NCBI GenBank assembly: GCA_964603475.1
Contig: CAZRVG010000002.1
Span: forward strand, 9,923-73,922
Reading direction: 5' to 3'
DNA from: an uncultured Candidatus Saccharibacteria bacterium
GTDB lineage: Bacteria; Patescibacteriota; Minisyncoccia; Minisyncoccales; UBA5738
DNA: 64,000 bases
Shown here: piece by piece, positions 1-6,209 of the stretch
Numbering within the stretch: position 1 is the first letter of the stretch
How the letters are laid out: every line of letters starts with the position of its first letter
The notes under the pieces: generated by a model
The model's database searches: none
Told to the model about the DNA's origin: nothing
The model's input: the letters and a program-made list of their open reading frames with translations, nothing else
Program-made: the position numbers and the translations under genes

Positions 1-2
1 GC

Positions 3-158
3 ACGGATTTGGAGGGCGGTTCTGATCGGGATATGTCCGCGTCTTTGAAAGTGATTGATAAATTGATCTCCGGCGGCGCAACGGTTTATCCCGGCCACGG
101 AGAAAGTTTTCAATATAAAAAAGGAATGGCGTTGGAGTTTATTGATTATTTGGTATGA
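3..158 (+). CDS. MBL-fold metallo-hydrolase, C-terminal fragment (5' end outside window)
   Basis: Frame 3 is open from the window edge to TGA 156-158. The translation ...DKLISGGATVYPGHGESFQYKKG... has the C-terminal PGHG-type motif of metallo-beta-lactamase-fold proteins. Confidence 0.45.
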   Translation, partial: TDLEGGSDRDMSASLKVIDKLISGGATVYPGHGESFQYKKGMALEFIDYLV

Positions 159-164
159 TGGAAT

Positions 165-386
165 ATGTTTGTTAAAGTTAAAGTGTCGCCCTGCGCCAAA
201 GAGGAGCGGGTGGTTAAAATCGCCGATGGCGCGTTGAGGGTCGCGGTGCGCGAAAAACCGGAAAACGGCGCGGCTAACGCGCGGGTCAGGGAGCTGGTGG
301 CGTTTTATTTTGCCGTACCCGCGGGCAAAGTGCGTATGGTTAAAGGGGCGCATCAATCGCACAAAATATTCAAAATACTAGAATAA
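165..386 (+). CDS. DUF167 (YggU-like) family protein
   Basis: 73-aa ORF. VKVSPCAKEERV...LRVAVREKPENGAANARVRELVA matches the DUF167/UPF0235 pattern. Confidence 0.8.
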   Translation: MFVKVKVSPCAKEERVVKIADGALRVAVREKPENGAANARVRELVAFYFAVPAGKVRMVKGAHQSHKIFKILE

Positions 387-443
387 AAAATATCGAATAT
401 CGAATATCGAAATCCGAAACAATATCAAAAAAATTCCAAGAAC

Positions 444-555
444 CAAATTCCAAGCTCCAAATAATATTCAATATTCAAATCTCAATATTTAAAATTTGAG
501 TTTTGGATATTGAAATTTACTTTGTGATTTGGTGCTTGATGCTTGGAACTTAATT
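444..555. repeat. AT-rich MITE-like inverted-repeat element, copy 1 (copy 2 at 39182-39294)
   Basis: A 32-nt block caaattccaagctccaaataatattcaatatt is identical to 39182-39213. The right end ...atttactttgNgatttggNgcttgatgcttggaaNttaatt is shared, and the ends are partly inverted relative to each other. Confidence 0.6.
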
Positions 556-599
556 TCTTTGTTTCGATATTCGGATTTCAAAATTCGAAATTTATTTCA

Positions 600-1166
600 A
601 TGGATGATATTCTCTTAGTTGATGAAGACAACAATCCGGCGGGTACGGGCGAAAAGATGGATGTTCATCGCCGTGGCGTTTTGCATCGCGCCTTTTCAAT
701 TTTGGTCTACAACTCCAAAAAAGAAATGCTCATTCATCGGCGCGCGATGACGAAATACCATTGCCCGGGGCTGTGGAGCAACGCCTGTTGTTCGCATCCG
801 GCGCCGGGAGTTCATTTGCTGGCGGCGGCCAAAAAGCGCCTAAAAGAAGAAATGGGGATTTTCGTTCCCATTAAGGAAACCGGCGTGGAGTTTATATATA
901 AAGCCAAGGTGGGCGATCTGATTGAATATGAATACGACCATCTGCTTTATGGGCAATTTGACGGCCAGCCTGCGCCCAGCCCCGAGGAAGCCGACGCTTT
1001 CAAATGGATGGCGTTTGCCGATATTCGGGACGATATGAAAAAAAATCCCGAAGCGTATACTCCATGGTTTAGATTGATTATTGGTCAAGGCGATAACGAG
1101 GCCGAGCAAATACCGGTGGCGCGCTTGGAAAAGTACGAAATCAAGAAATTGGCGACATATGGATAA
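600..1166 (+). CDS. idi: isopentenyl-diphosphate delta-isomerase, type 1 (Nudix fold)
   Basis: LHRAFSILVYN, HCPGLWSNACCSHP, EEMGI and YEYDH motifs. ATG at 600 is preferred over the TTG at 543, which lies inside a repeat. Confidence 0.85.
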   Translation: MDDILLVDEDNNPAGTGEKMDVHRRGVLHRAFSILVYNSKKEMLIHRRAMTKYHCPGLWSNACCSHPAPGVHLLAAAKKRLKEEMGIFVPIKETGVEFIYKAKVGDLIEYEYDHLLYGQFDGQPAPSPEEADAFKWMAFADIRDDMKKNPEAYTPWFRLIIGQGDNEAEQIPVARLEKYEIKKLATYG

Positions 1167-1875
1167 AAAGACTGCCGACGAAATCTTGGCGCAAATGCGC
1201 CAAAATTATGATAATTTTGCCGAGTCGTTTTCTCGGACGCGCGGATATGTTCCGGAAAATGTTGCGGCGTTGTTGGGAGATTTTGTAAAAAGAGGGGACA
1301 GAGTGGTGGATATCGGATGCGGTAACGGCCGTTTGTATCCGTTTTTTAAAAATAAAGCGACTGATTATAATGGTATTGATGCCTCAAGAAAATTAATAGA
1401 GATCGCGGCGGATAAATATCCCGGCGGAAATTTTTCAGTTGGCGATGCGTTGCATTTGCCGTTTATCGCCGACGAATTTGATTTGGCGGTTTCGTTGGCG
1501 GTTTTGCACCACATTCCTTCGCGGGAATGTCGTGATAAGTTTTTTCAAGAAGCGCATCGTATTTTAAGAACCGGCGGATATTTTATTGTTTTGGTTTGGG
1601 ATTTGCGCCTGCCCGCAATGATAAGGCAAAGGCAATGGAAACGTCTCAAAAGTTTTTTTAGATCGCAAATTAAAATCGCATTGGAAGCGGAAAAAATGGA
1701 TTTTGGCGATTTTTTCATTCCTTGGCAAAACAAATACCGGCGCTATCATCACGCGTTCTCTTTGGGGGAGCTGAGGGGATTGGCAAAATCCGCCGAGTTT
1801 GAAATTGATAAATTCGGCACAATGGCGCACAGCGACAAGGAAAGCAATCTTTACATAATTGCCAAGAAGATTTAA
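1159..1875 (+). CDS. class I SAM-dependent methyltransferase
   Basis: Motif I VVDIGCGNGR and the LAVLHH motif. ATG 1159 overlaps the idi stop by 8 nt. Confidence 0.8.
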   Translation: MDKKTADEILAQMRQNYDNFAESFSRTRGYVPENVAALLGDFVKRGDRVVDIGCGNGRLYPFFKNKATDYNGIDASRKLIEIAADKYPGGNFSVGDALHLPFIADEFDLAVSLAVLHHIPSRECRDKFFQEAHRILRTGGYFIVLVWDLRLPAMIRQRQWKRLKSFFRSQIKIALEAEKMDFGDFFIPWQNKYRRYHHAFSLGELRGLAKSAEFEIDKFGTMAHSDKESNLYIIAKKI

Positions 1876-1879
1876 AAAA

Positions 1880-1904
1880 ACTCGCGCTTGCCGCGAGTTT
1901 TTTT
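1880..1904 (+). terminator. rho-independent terminator
   Basis: Hairpin actcgcg-cttgc-cgcgagt followed by a T-run. Confidence 0.7.
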
Positions 1905-1917
1905 GATTGGCATAGTG

Positions 1918-1990
1918 TGCGCCCGACTGGAATCGAACCAGTAGTCGCCAGCTCCGGAGGCCGGAATTTTATCCGTTAAACTACGGGCGC
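1918..1990 (-). tRNA. tRNA-Arg (anticodon CCG)
   Basis: The reverse complement folds by hand into a 73-nt cloverleaf: acceptor GCGCCCG/CGGGCGC, anticodon stem CCGGC/GCUGG, loop CUCCGGA, T-loop UUCGAUU. No encoded CCA. Confidence 0.9.
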
Positions 1991-2076
1991 GCCTTGCGTA
2001 ATGCGGGTTGATTATATCACAACCGCTTGTTTTTTCAATCAAAAAATATCACCGAAAGATAATTCTGCGCAAAAAT

Positions 2077-2105
2077 TTGACAAATCGTTTTCAATCGGGT
2101 AAATA
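2077..2105 (+). promoter_or_regulatory. sigma70-like promoter (TTGACA-17-TAAATA)
   Basis: TTGACA at 2077-2082, a 17-nt spacer, then TAAATA at 2100-2105, immediately upstream of the candidate ncRNA. Confidence 0.4.
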
Positions 2106-2109
2106 AAAA

Positions 2110-2271
2110 GCGAGGGGATGAGGGTTTTTACCCAATACAGGCAGAAAGCTTGTCAGCGGAGGAGGTTGACTTGGATCCATGCGGTCTCTGCCAGATTGCA
2201 CTATGTAGTTTGACTGATTTCGCGATGGGCTGTTCCCCTCGCTAAAAGGCACCGATGCATCGGTGTTTTTT
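2110..2271 (+). ncRNA. candidate structured small RNA or leader element, class unknown
   Basis: A 9-bp closing helix pairs GCGAGGGGA (2110-2118) with UCCCCUCGC (2234-2242). Nested helices are GGG-UUUUUA-CCC, GGCAGA/UCUGCC and GUCA/UGAC. The terminal hairpin caccgatgcatcggtg plus T6 (2250-2271) looks like an intrinsic terminator. No ORF. Confidence 0.4.
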
Positions 2272-2496
2272 AGTTGAAAAACCTTGACATTGATGCCCCA
2301 AAAGGCTAACATTTTGAATGTAAAGGTCTTGCATCAATAAACACTTTGGATTGTGATTTTGCGATCCAAGGTTAACTAATTTCAAAAGTTTAAGTGCGCA
2401 TTAAATTTTTGAACAAACAAGACAATGTTTAGATTCGAAGACGAAGAAGAAACTACTGAAGAAAAAACTGAAGAGTAATAGTTTAAAAATATGAAG

Positions 2497-2523
2497 CGGA
2501 CTTCGGAAACGGAGTTCGTTTTT
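2497..2523 (+). terminator. rho-independent terminator (GAAA tetraloop hairpin plus T5)
   Basis: cggacttcg-gaaa-cggagttcg followed by ttttt. Confidence 0.6.
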
Positions 2524-2584
2524 CATTTTGATTCGCTTTTGCTAAAATGGGGTATCGGGTTTTTTTGATTTATCATTAAATTTT

Positions 2585-3136
2585 ATGCAATATAAAATCG
2601 CGGTGTCGGGGGCGGCGGAAATCAGCCATTGTTGCGACAACATTATTTTTTTATCAAAAGAGATTGGCAAGGAAATCGCGCGCAGCCATTGCGTTTTGGT
2701 TTCCGGCGCGACCACGGGCGTGCCTTATTTTTCGGCGCAAGGATGCAAACAGGCGGGGGGATTTAACGTGGGATTTTCTCCGGCCGGCTCCGAAGCCGAC
2801 CACATACGGCACTATCGCTTGCCGGTGGATGTTTTTGACGTGATGGTCTATACCGGCGCGGATTATTCAGGACGGGATATTATTATGACCAAATCCGCGG
2901 ACGCGGTGATTATCGCCTGCGGCCGAATGGGCACCTTGCATGAATTTACCACGGCGGTGGAATGCAAAAAAATTATCGGCATTTTGGAAGGGTCGGGAGG
3001 AACAGCCGACAAAATTCGCGGCTTGGTGAAGGGAACCTATCGGGGCATTAAAAAGATTACTTATGAAAGCGACCCGACGCTTTTGGTGCAAAAAGTGATT
3101 GAGCGGGTGCACCAAGAAAAAAATAAATCAGGATAA
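2585..3136 (+). CDS. TIGR00725/LOG-like (SLOG Rossmann) family protein
   Basis: KIAVSGAA...LVSGATTGVP...VIIACGRMGTLHEF pattern of the LOG/TIGR00725 family. Confidence 0.7.
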   Translation: MQYKIAVSGAAEISHCCDNIIFLSKEIGKEIARSHCVLVSGATTGVPYFSAQGCKQAGGFNVGFSPAGSEADHIRHYRLPVDVFDVMVYTGADYSGRDIIMTKSADAVIIACGRMGTLHEFTTAVECKKIIGILEGSGGTADKIRGLVKGTYRGIKKITYESDPTLLVQKVIERVHQEKNKSG

Positions 3137-3187
3137 TTAACAGGAATTCCAATATTCTTGAAAATGTGAGAATGTTGGTTAACTATT

Positions 3188-3613
3188 ATGGAAAAGATAA
3201 TAGTTGGATTTGGGGAGGTTGAAAAAATGGTTGGGGAGTTTGTTGAGGATAATAGAGAATTTTTGGAAAAGATTGATTTTGTAGTTGGGATGAGCCGGGG
3301 AGGGCTGGTGCCGGCGGCGTTGCTGGCGGCGAGGATTGATAAGCCGCTGGTTGCGGCGTATATCAACAAAAACGATGTGATATTTTTTGATCGCGCCAAA
3401 TGGATAAACGATAAAAATATTTTGGCGGTTGACGATGTTATCCGCTCGGGCAAAACGCTTTGGCTTTTGAAAAATCATTTGCAAAAATATTGCCAACCAA
3501 AAAACATTTCGTTTCTCGCGCTTTATCGGGTGAAATCATTGCAAAATGAGAATTATCGCATTCAATCGTTTGCCTGGGAAATTAACGAAGATGTTGTTTT
3601 CCCGTGGGATTAA
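3188..3613 (+). CDS. type I phosphoribosyltransferase, xanthine-guanine PRT (Gpt)-like
   Basis: GMSRGGLVPAALLAARI plus the PRPP loop ILAVDDVIRSGKT and a C-terminal ...FPWD, as in Gpt. Confidence 0.75.
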   Translation: MEKIIVGFGEVEKMVGEFVEDNREFLEKIDFVVGMSRGGLVPAALLAARIDKPLVAAYINKNDVIFFDRAKWINDKNILAVDDVIRSGKTLWLLKNHLQKYCQPKNISFLALYRVKSLQNENYRIQSFAWEINEDVVFPWD

Positions 3614-3616
3614 AAT

Positions 3617-4207
3617 ATGGTTTATAATTCCGAAATTCATCATCGGAGATCAATAAGGTATGGAAAATATGATTATTCGCGGGACGGGGCTTATTTTATC
3701 ACGGTTTGCGCGCAGAATATGAAATGCGTTTTTGGAGAAATACAAAAAGGAGAAATGAAATTGAGTGGAGCGGGGGAAATGGTTGAATATTGGTGGCGGC
3801 AATTGCCGGAAAAGTTTCAAAATATACGGCTTGACGAATTCGCGGTGATGCCAAACCATTTTCACGGTATTTTGTGGATTGTAAATCGTAAGGGAGGTCT
3901 CCCGCGTTGTAGGGGCGACCTTTATGGTCGCCCGAGTTATGATTGTTCGAACGAGAGGAGGGCGGGTACAAGACCCGCCCCTACGAAAACACTTGGCAAC
4001 ATTGTTGGCGCGTTTAAATCGTTGATGACCAATGAATATATTCGAAATGTAAAGATGGGCAAATTCCCGCCGTTTGAAAAGTCAATTTGGCAGAGAAATT
4101 ATTGGGAGCATATCGTTCGCGATGACAAAGATTTAAACCGGATTCGCGAATATATCATCAACAACCCATTGAATTGGGAGTTGGACGAATTGTACCGCGC
4201 CGTGTAG
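3617..4207 (+). CDS. REP-associated tyrosine transposase (RAYT, IS200/Y1-like) carrying an in-frame REP doublet
   Basis: HUH motif MPNHFHGILWIV and C-terminal SIWQRNYWEHIVRD...IREYIINNP. Residues ~91-125 are encoded by REP hairpins. Confidence 0.85.
   Translation: MVYNSEIHHRRSIRYGKYDYSRDGAYFITVCAQNMKCVFGEIQKGEMKLSGAGEMVEYWWRQLPEKFQNIRLDEFAVMPNHFHGILWIVNRKGGLPRCRGDLYGRPSYDCSNERRAGTRPAPTKTLGNIVGAFKSLMTNEYIRNVKMGKFPPFEKSIWQRNYWEHIVRDDKDLNRIREYIINNPLNWELDELYRAV
3909..3984. repeat. REP doublet (REPIN-like) inside the RAYT coding sequence
   Basis: gtaggggcgacctttatggtcgccc (3909-3933) and gggcgggtacaagacccgcccctac (3960-3984), with GTAG heads pointing outward. Confidence 0.85.
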
Positions 4208-4297
4208 GGGCGACCTTTATGGTCGCCCGAATTTGAGGACGGTTGAAAAATAAAATGCGGGCACCCACAAGGGGTGCCTCTACGAATGTACGGGTGG
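4204..4297. repeat. REP cluster downstream of RAYT
   Basis: gtaggggcgacctttatggtcgccc (4204-4228, identical to 3909-3933), gggcacccacaaggggtgcctctac (4249-4273), and gggtggggtgcccctac (to 4297). Confidence 0.8.
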
Positions 4298-4394
4298 GGT
4301 GCCCCTACAATACAGGGATTGAGGTGCCCTAAGAATATAGAGTGTTGCTCCTATGGGGTTCTGATGTTATGTTTAAGGCAATAATAAAAAACAT

Positions 4395-4688
4395 ATGGCA
4401 ACAAAAAAAGGGCAAAATACAAAAGAAGAAAAAACCGCAAAGTGCGGGGCAAAATGCAAGCGGGAGGAATTCAAGGTTTCGGGAGGGAAGATTTTGGAAA
4501 AAGTTAAGGAGTTAATCAAAGAGGGAAATGTGCGCCGGATAATCATTATCAACGACAAAGGAGATACGCTGATGGAAATTCCTTTAACGTTTGCGGTGGT
4601 GGGCACGGCGCTGGCGCCGGTTTTGGCGGCGGTGGGCGCGCTGGCAGCATTGATCGCCAACTGCACGATTATTGTGGAGAGAAAATAG
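4395..4688 (+). CDS. DUF4342 domain-containing protein
   Basis: KVKELIKEGNVRRIIIINDKGDTLMEIPLTFAVVGTALAPVLAAVGALAALIANCTIIVER matches the DUF4342 signature. Confidence 0.85.
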   Translation: MATKKGQNTKEEKTAKCGAKCKREEFKVSGGKILEKVKELIKEGNVRRIIIINDKGDTLMEIPLTFAVVGTALAPVLAAVGALAALIANCTIIVERK

Positions 4689-4729
4689 TGAATGTATATA
4701 CATCATTTTTTCAATGCAGGATAACATTA

Positions 4730-4803
4730 AGTTTGGGCAAGGTCGCACCTTGCCAATTATCCCTTGCTACGCTTCGGGATAATCGGCAAGGAACGACCTT
4801 GGG
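4730..4803 (+). repeat. 74-nt structured repeat, copy 1 (long form of the AAGGTCG...CGACCTT element)
   Basis: agtttgggcaaggtcgcaccttgccaattatcccttgctacgcttcgggataatcggcaaggaacgaccttggg. It differs from 5319-5392 at one position. Confidence 0.85.
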
Positions 4804-4810
4804 GACGCGA

Positions 4811-5305
4811 ATGCCGATACATTTGAATTATCAGGGGACGATTTGTGAAAAGTGCGGGGCGGAATTTATCGCCTGCGGCAAAAATTGCCAATGTCCGGCG
4901 TGCGGCCAAGCAACGGACGATTTTTGTGATTTTTGCGCCGCGACAATCGCGTCGATGAAAGACCACAAGCGGGTTTATGGCGCCTATTTTCCCGAAACAT
5001 GGTTTTCGGGATCGGTTGCCGACACAATCCAGCAAATCATTTTTGAGCTGTTTGATAATTTTGAGGCCGAAACTCCAAAAGATTTTTACTTGTTTGCCAT
5101 CGAGCATTTGGCGCAAATTAAATGGGAAGAAGGACAAGAGCATTTGGCGCCGCAGGCCGAGCAGATCGCGCTTGAAGTTTTTGAGATTTACAAGAGCGAT
5201 CCGGAGTTTCGCGGCGATAATTTAAAAACCAAACCAATTGATCCGAAACTGAAGGATATGAAAAGGGACCAATTATTTAATGGTTTACCAAATGATGACG
5301 AATGA
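4811..5305 (+). CDS. hypothetical protein with N-terminal zinc ribbon
   Basis: ATG 4811 sits just after the repeat. CEKCG...CQCPACG pairs of cysteines. No family recognised. Confidence 0.55.
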   Translation: MPIHLNYQGTICEKCGAEFIACGKNCQCPACGQATDDFCDFCAATIASMKDHKRVYGAYFPETWFSGSVADTIQQIIFELFDNFEAETPKDFYLFAIEHLAQIKWEEGQEHLAPQAEQIALEVFEIYKSDPEFRGDNLKTKPIDPKLKDMKRDQLFNGLPNDDE

Positions 5306-5318
5306 AAAATCAAAAGGC

Positions 5319-5392
5319 AGTTTGGGCAAGGTCGCACCTTTCCAATTATCCCTTGCTACGCTTCGGGATAATCGGCAAGGAACGACCTTGGG
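5319..5392 (+). repeat. 74-nt structured repeat, copy 2
   Basis: Direct repeat of 4730-4803 with 1 mismatch. Confidence 0.85.
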
Positions 5393-5583
5393 AATGCGAG
5401 GGGGTTGCCTTGAAAAGAGGGGATTTTTTTTATATGATGAGGGAAATAAAATAGTTTTCAATTGCCAGTTTGCATTGAGTTTTCAATGTATCAATGAATC
5501 AAACCAAATGCGGATTTGTATTTTGTTTGAAAATTGGACAATTGGTCATTCAATGAAAATTGAAAACTGAAAATTGAAAATTT

Positions 5584-6090
5584 ATGTTTTCAGCCGAAAA
5601 CATTGTTAAAGGGAAACTGGCGGAGGGTTTGGTGGAGCAGTTGTTAAAGGCAAGCGGTTGCCGGGTTTATCGCTTGGGCGCGGATGCCGCGCTGGAAAAC
5701 ATCGCGCAATTGGAAGACGAGTTTTCCAAAGACAGCGATTTGGGAAAAAAGATGGCGTCAATTCCTGATTTTGCCGTGATGGGATGCCGCGAAAAGCCGG
5801 TATTTGTGGAAGTGAAATTTCGCGCCGAGCCCGAATCGCTGGAAGAAGAATTGCTGTTAGAAAAAGACGCGCAAGAGAATTTTTGGAAGGCAAAAATCGT
5901 TTTGGTGACCACTAAAGAAAAGCCCTATTTTCGCGTGTTGACGCCGCCCTATTTTTCCAAAGAGAAACGCGACGGCTGGCCCATTCCGGTGGCAAACTGG
6001 AAGCCGTTGGAAAAGGATGAAGATTTGGGGTGCGGCAAAGATGTCATTAAAGAGTTTGAAGAATTGGCGGAGAAATACTACAATAAATAA
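5584..6090 (+). CDS. PD-(D/E)xK nuclease-fold protein (YraN/restriction-endonuclease-like)
   Basis: N-terminal GKLAEGLVEQLLKASGCRVYRLG, then IPDFAV ... VFVEVKFR (D...ExK arrangement). Confidence 0.55.
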   Translation: MFSAENIVKGKLAEGLVEQLLKASGCRVYRLGADAALENIAQLEDEFSKDSDLGKKMASIPDFAVMGCREKPVFVEVKFRAEPESLEEELLLEKDAQENFWKAKIVLVTTKEKPYFRVLTPPYFSKEKRDGWPIPVANWKPLEKDEDLGCGKDVIKEFEELAEKYYNK

Positions 6091-6198
6091 TTTTTAATTT
6101 GAAATTTTTAATTTTTAAACAATTTAAAAATTTAGAAATTTTTAAAGATTGAAACATTAAGAATTGTTTAAAAATTAAAAATTTCAAATTAAAAATTA
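6088..6198. repeat. perfect 37-bp inverted repeat with a 37-nt loop (AT-rich intergenic hairpin)
   Basis: Arm 6088-6124 taatttttaatttgaaatttttaatttttaaacaatt is the exact reverse complement of 6162-6198. Confidence 0.9.
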
Positions 6199-6209
6199 GC
6201 ATATCTTTT

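Noticed and set aside
2110-2271. SRP (4.5S) RNA, RNase P RNA or tmRNA identity for the candidate ncRNA.
   Set aside because: It is too short for RNase P RNA or tmRNA. It lacks the SRP domain IV signature (GNAR tetraloop flanked by AGG/AGCA symmetric-loop bases). The class is left open.
2425-2478. The 17-codon acidic ORF as a bona fide peptide gene or leader peptide.
   Set aside because: It has no Shine-Dalgarno and no conservation evidence available. It is retained only as part of the 2077-2584 leader finding.
4730-5392. Integron gene cassette with attC sites.
   Set aside because: The element ends (agtttggg... / ...ccttggg) are not the inverse R''/R' core pair (RYYYAAC/GTTRRRY). There is no intI nearby, and the same element family occurs as generic 3'-UTR hairpins elsewhere.
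5280-5570. Track ORFs 5280-5570, 14258-14470 (upstream part), 30341-30538 and the N-terminal extensions at 4688, 20673, 22330, 35517, 49229 and 52731.
   Set aside because: Their sequences are simply translations of repeat elements (the 74-nt element, REPs giving AGTRPAPT/GAGFMPAL, palindromes, AT-word modules). Downstream ATGs give proteins that align with the expected family N-termini.
6091-6209. T-box leaders upstream of leuS (6091-6209) and hisS (31149-31296).
   Set aside because: These spacers are simple AT-rich inverted repeats. There is no specifier-loop/T-box (AGGGUGGNACCGCG-like) sequence.
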